A stretch of 64,000 bases of DNA from Gemmatimonadota bacterium (lineage in GTDB: Bacteria > JBHIER01 > G020348925), in contig CP070758.1 of assembly GCA_020348925.1 (NCBI GenBank), positions 3,177,688 through 3,241,687 of the forward strand, in the 5' to 3' direction. Position numbers and translations under genes: made by a program. Under the pieces are notes generated by a model. The model was not told the origin of the DNA. It saw only the letters and a list, made by a program, of their open reading frames with translations, and made no database searches. Shown here one piece after another: positions 61,701-64,000 of this stretch. Position 1 is the first letter of the stretch, and each line of letters begins with the position of its first letter.

Positions 61701-61991
61701 TCTCAAGCTACCGGGAGTTTCGGATCACCCCATATTCTGGAACATGTGGCCATCCCCCGCTTTCGCCGTTCAGATCCAGGTCACCAAGAACTTGCGGAAC
61801 TCTCTCTGCAGGCCCATCGGCTGGCAGTTCTTCGTAGCGGTGGGACCGTAGGGCTTCCAGGACAGGGAAAGGCAGAGGGGCTGTTTCTCAAAGAGATTGA
61901 GGAGGCGATCGACACAAAAGTCGCGCAACTGTGGAACATTACTGATGAGGAGTTGACGGAGATAAAGCGCAGCCTCAGGGAATTGCGTTGA
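58749..61991 (+). CDS. Type IIG/Eco57I-like fused restriction-modification enzyme (amino-methyltransferase)
   Basis: LGEYHTPDWLA, LDPSCGSGTFL (motif I), VVGNPPW (motif IV), an N-terminal nuclease-like domain and a C-terminal TRD-like region, 1080 aa. Confidence 0.88.
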   Translation: MTQTRAIAAKIVEAIKRAKSETDVQTQFENVLRQYTDETGWELTIRPELKRTIVGAGGADTVLGHVVIAYEKPGKLRESNDTPGNSETIEQLARTITDLSAKERRLLAGVATDGRRILFLFPRRGKFVPTDPRPLSAESVQVFFNTMQALHRKILSPGKLNRDFGPASAVTRLGLTTLYNKLNNASHPKIEMIFREWDRIFGIVYGEKIPQAGQKAKTLAKLYKIEKTVRVKPLLFSVHTYFALFLKLLVAELLGHVKNRSSFTQELSLLEDASLKEKMFSLEEGESFHALGVRNFLEGDLFSWYLVAWDGVVAGMVREVCATLSQYEPPTVSFLPEEVQDLLKKLYQNLIPKKLRHDLGEYHTPDWLAERLLNQVGYEGNPDKRILDPSCGSGTFLVLIINRIRQFLEDHFGRFPDPSVVLNKILNNVVGFELNPLAVITARANYIMALSDLLHDMKGDVQIPVYFTDSILVPQEQIELFSKGYLLQTTVGEFSVPSEIVQANKVDSLTSLLDESVRLQSGVDIFVERARRSCGLDDESFHAAKSSIVELYQTMVNLERQGRNRIWSKIIKNAFAPIYEDRFDYVVGNPPWVNWECLAPEYRMATGKLWEKYELPAKSGGVPFELGKQKRDCALLFTYANIDNYLKDKGRLAFVITQTVLKTQGGEVFRRFQLDKNRPVKVIHVDDVAELQPLEGVPNRTSVLVVQKAASTRYPVPYTLWRKKKGEKISFDKTLAEVMEATQRVKLYARPVDEGNMVSSWITARAKTLIALRKIIGASDYEARAGVCTWANGIYLVGITEKRSDDSVMVENLQNVGKRTIPKVQKPIEPDLLYPVLRGREVSRWFYSSDFYIILPHTEETAWQPIAVVAMETAFPKTFAYLKEFEHILVARSGYVQLRKGQPFYILGNTNPDIYANFKVVWTRVGTDITACVISRKEDRFLNRKTIIPLETVTMVPFEKQDEAHFFCAVLNSSLARIVITTYSSQATGSFGSPHILEHVAIPRFRRSDPGHQELAELSLQAHRLAVLRSGGTVGLPGQGKAEGLFLKEIEEAIDTKVAQLWNITDEELTEIKRSLRELR

Positions 61992-62091
61992 TCGAAATAT
62001 CATGACCGGCAACTGTTGAATTCATGAGGTTCATTTCCGGGACAATTATTGAAAAAACGATCTGTGTTTCATTCTTCACAAGGAGCATCGC

Positions 62092-63327
62092 ATGCTCAGA
62101 GAAAGAGTCTTTCAACGGATTGTACTCATAGTCTGTGTGTTCTGTGTTCCCCTTGGCCATTCGATAGAAGCCCAACAGGAAGCACGTATTGGACGGTACG
62201 AGAATGGTCTCGTGGGCTCGGACCAACCGACAACACTGGCTGCATCATCAGGATTTATATCGTCCTTCATGTTCCCCTTCTCGGCGGCAAAGAGAATAGT
62301 TAAATTATCGAAGATACGATACAATCGGGTGGAAGGAATATTTCTTGGTGTGAGCCCTCCCAAGCTGGCGAAGGCTGATTTCGAGGTTTTCGGGTACCTG
62401 GGCTACGGTTTTGAAAGCTCCAAATGGCGATATGAAGTCGGCTTGAAACGATCCTGGTTTTGGATGAACAGACTGGAAATAGGGGCAGCCCACTATGATT
62501 TGACCGATACACAGGATCGATGGATCGTCTCCGGACTGGAGAACACTCTGGCCGCCCTTCTGTTTCGTGAAGATTTTATGGATTATTACCGACGCAAGGG
62601 CTGGCGGTTTTTTGCGAGTCAGAATATTAGTGAGGTGTACAAATTGGGGCTTGAATTTCGAAGCGATCGTTATGAGGGTATGCACAAACGTACGGATTGG
62701 AGTATCTTTGGGGGTGATAAAAAATTCCGACACAACCCTTCAATAGACGAAGGGAAAATGGAGAGTCTGGTGGCCACCGCTGAGGTAGACATGATGGGCT
62801 ATCGTCAGGGGTGGATTTTTCGAGGGGAGTATGAAAAGGCGGGTGATCCTTTCGGGGGTGATTTCGACTTTCAGCGGCTGTGGTTACAAAGTAAGCGTTA
62901 TCAACGTACGTTCGGTAATCAACAGGCGGTCATTCGTGTCATGGCCGGTTTTCATAAGAGGACGTGGCCAGACATCGTACCTGAACAGAAACGATTCGAT
63001 CTGGGTGGGATCGAAAGCTTGAGGGGATTTCCCTTTAAGGTGTTCACCGGAGATCGAATGGTGTTGGGTAATTTCTATTATCTCTTTGGCGGGGATATCC
63101 TCGGCCGGTCTAACATTTCGATCGTACGCACCCTGCAGCTCATTCTGTTCGTCGACACAGGGGCAACTTTCAATCGCAACAAGAACCTGCAGCTCAGGGA
63201 CCTAAACACCGATGGAGGAGTGGCCCTCGCCGATTTGGAAAATAGTTTTCGCATAAATTTTGCGAAGCGTCTGGATCGGTGGAAGAATTCAATCGAAATT
63301 ACCGTCAGACTTATGAGAAAGTTCTAA
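62092..63327 (+). CDS. Omp85/BamA-TamA-like beta-barrel protein without evident POTRA domains
   Basis: Signal peptide, RYNRVEG, FDLGGIESLRGF (Omp85 RGF/Y motif) and a C-terminal Phe. Confidence 0.7.
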   Translation: MLRERVFQRIVLIVCVFCVPLGHSIEAQQEARIGRYENGLVGSDQPTTLAASSGFISSFMFPFSAAKRIVKLSKIRYNRVEGIFLGVSPPKLAKADFEVFGYLGYGFESSKWRYEVGLKRSWFWMNRLEIGAAHYDLTDTQDRWIVSGLENTLAALLFREDFMDYYRRKGWRFFASQNISEVYKLGLEFRSDRYEGMHKRTDWSIFGGDKKFRHNPSIDEGKMESLVATAEVDMMGYRQGWIFRGEYEKAGDPFGGDFDFQRLWLQSKRYQRTFGNQQAVIRVMAGFHKRTWPDIVPEQKRFDLGGIESLRGFPFKVFTGDRMVLGNFYYLFGGDILGRSNISIVRTLQLILFVDTGATFNRNKNLQLRDLNTDGGVALADLENSFRINFAKRLDRWKNSIEITVRLMRKF

Positions 63328-63362
63328 TCCCAATTCTTGATTTCATAAAAGGGAGTGAAGCA

Positions 63363-64000
63363 ATGAATCGCGTTCAGAATCTATTCCTGATAACTGTTCT
63401 GATGCTCACACCCCTGTCGCAAGTCTTAGGTTCATTTTTTGATCGTACGACCCTCAAGACCGAAGGAAAAATTGTTGATGGGGCTGTCGAGGACCTCAAT
63501 GACGATGGTCTGCTTGACGTTCTTGCTGTCTACGCTACTGAGCGCCATCCTCATACGCGACGCTGGTTGGCGGTCTTCTGGCAACAAGGAAAACGGCTCT
63601 TCGATCCAGAGCCGAATCAAATTTGGGAGGTTGATCCTGGGGCGGCCATCCTGGACATCGGAGATATCAGTTCTGATCCCGGACGGGAGATCGTCTTAAT
63701 GTCGGGAGATGGAATTCACTTTTACGGACAGAAGAACGGAGCCTTTGTCGATGAGTACCGGAAAGTGATCGAGACGACAACCATCTTTTGTCTGGGTGAG
63801 GACGATGATCTCCCGACGTGGAACTTTGCCCGGGACATTTGTCGGAATGTTGGAGACGAGATACTTATTCCAAAATTTGGAGCGATTGAGCTGTGGTCCC
63901 GGGGAGAGGATGGAGCCTATCGGCTGACACAGACGTTTCCGGTGAAGATGCCCACAAGGGTGTCCGCTGAAACGCCGGGTGATAACTATTCGTACGCTAT
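63363..64000 (+). CDS. Secreted FG-GAP/VCBS-repeat protein, runs off the window edge
   Basis: Manual translation MNRVQNLFLITVLMLTPLSQVLG...VEDLNDDGLLDVLAV...DIGDISSDPGREIVL, open to the window end. GGGAG RBS. Confidence 0.8.
   Translation, partial: MNRVQNLFLITVLMLTPLSQVLGSFFDRTTLKTEGKIVDGAVEDLNDDGLLDVLAVYATERHPHTRRWLAVFWQQGKRLFDPEPNQIWEVDPGAAILDIGDISSDPGREIVLMSGDGIHFYGQKNGAFVDEYRKVIETTTIFCLGEDDDLPTWNFARDICRNVGDEILIPKFGAIELWSRGEDGAYRLTQTFPVKMPTRVSAETPGDNYSYA

Overview
Scaffolded window (two 100-N gaps at 13651-13750 and 50196-50295) from an anaerobic diderm bacterium. T9SS-type C-terminal domains, a PorD-like gene and a SusC-like receptor with a DUF4249 partner suggest an FCB-group lineage (inference). 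The core is a ~22 kb co-directional energy cluster: arginine synthetase-like ArcE, carbamate kinase, SucCD, a four-subunit 2-oxoacid:ferredoxin oxidoreductase, HdrC, HdrB, HdrA, MvhD, an HdrD-like protein, an HdrA-MvhD fusion, a 44-aa CxxC protein, a second four-subunit oxidoreductase and a divergent GlnE/GlnD-like nucleotidyltransferase. It continues into ndk-yceD-rpmF-plsX-fabD-fabG-acpP-fabF-rnc and a lipoate ligase. The strongest hidden signal is that both hdrA genes, split in the ORF track, carry in-frame UGA codons at conserved Cys positions (CxxU in one, UxxU in the other), each followed by an identical SECIS-like hairpin. The UxxU gene has an extra hairpin. The flanks encode three dockerin-tipped secreted proteins and a T9SS-sorted cohesin/dockerin protein, which together may form a non-cellulosomal scaffold system. 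Also present are tRNA-Lys(UUU), a probable 6S RNA, a hybrid sensor kinase, CstA, a type IIG-like R-M enzyme and a DUF4249 gene with an in-frame TAG. All calls come from reading motifs by eye; no database searches were run.
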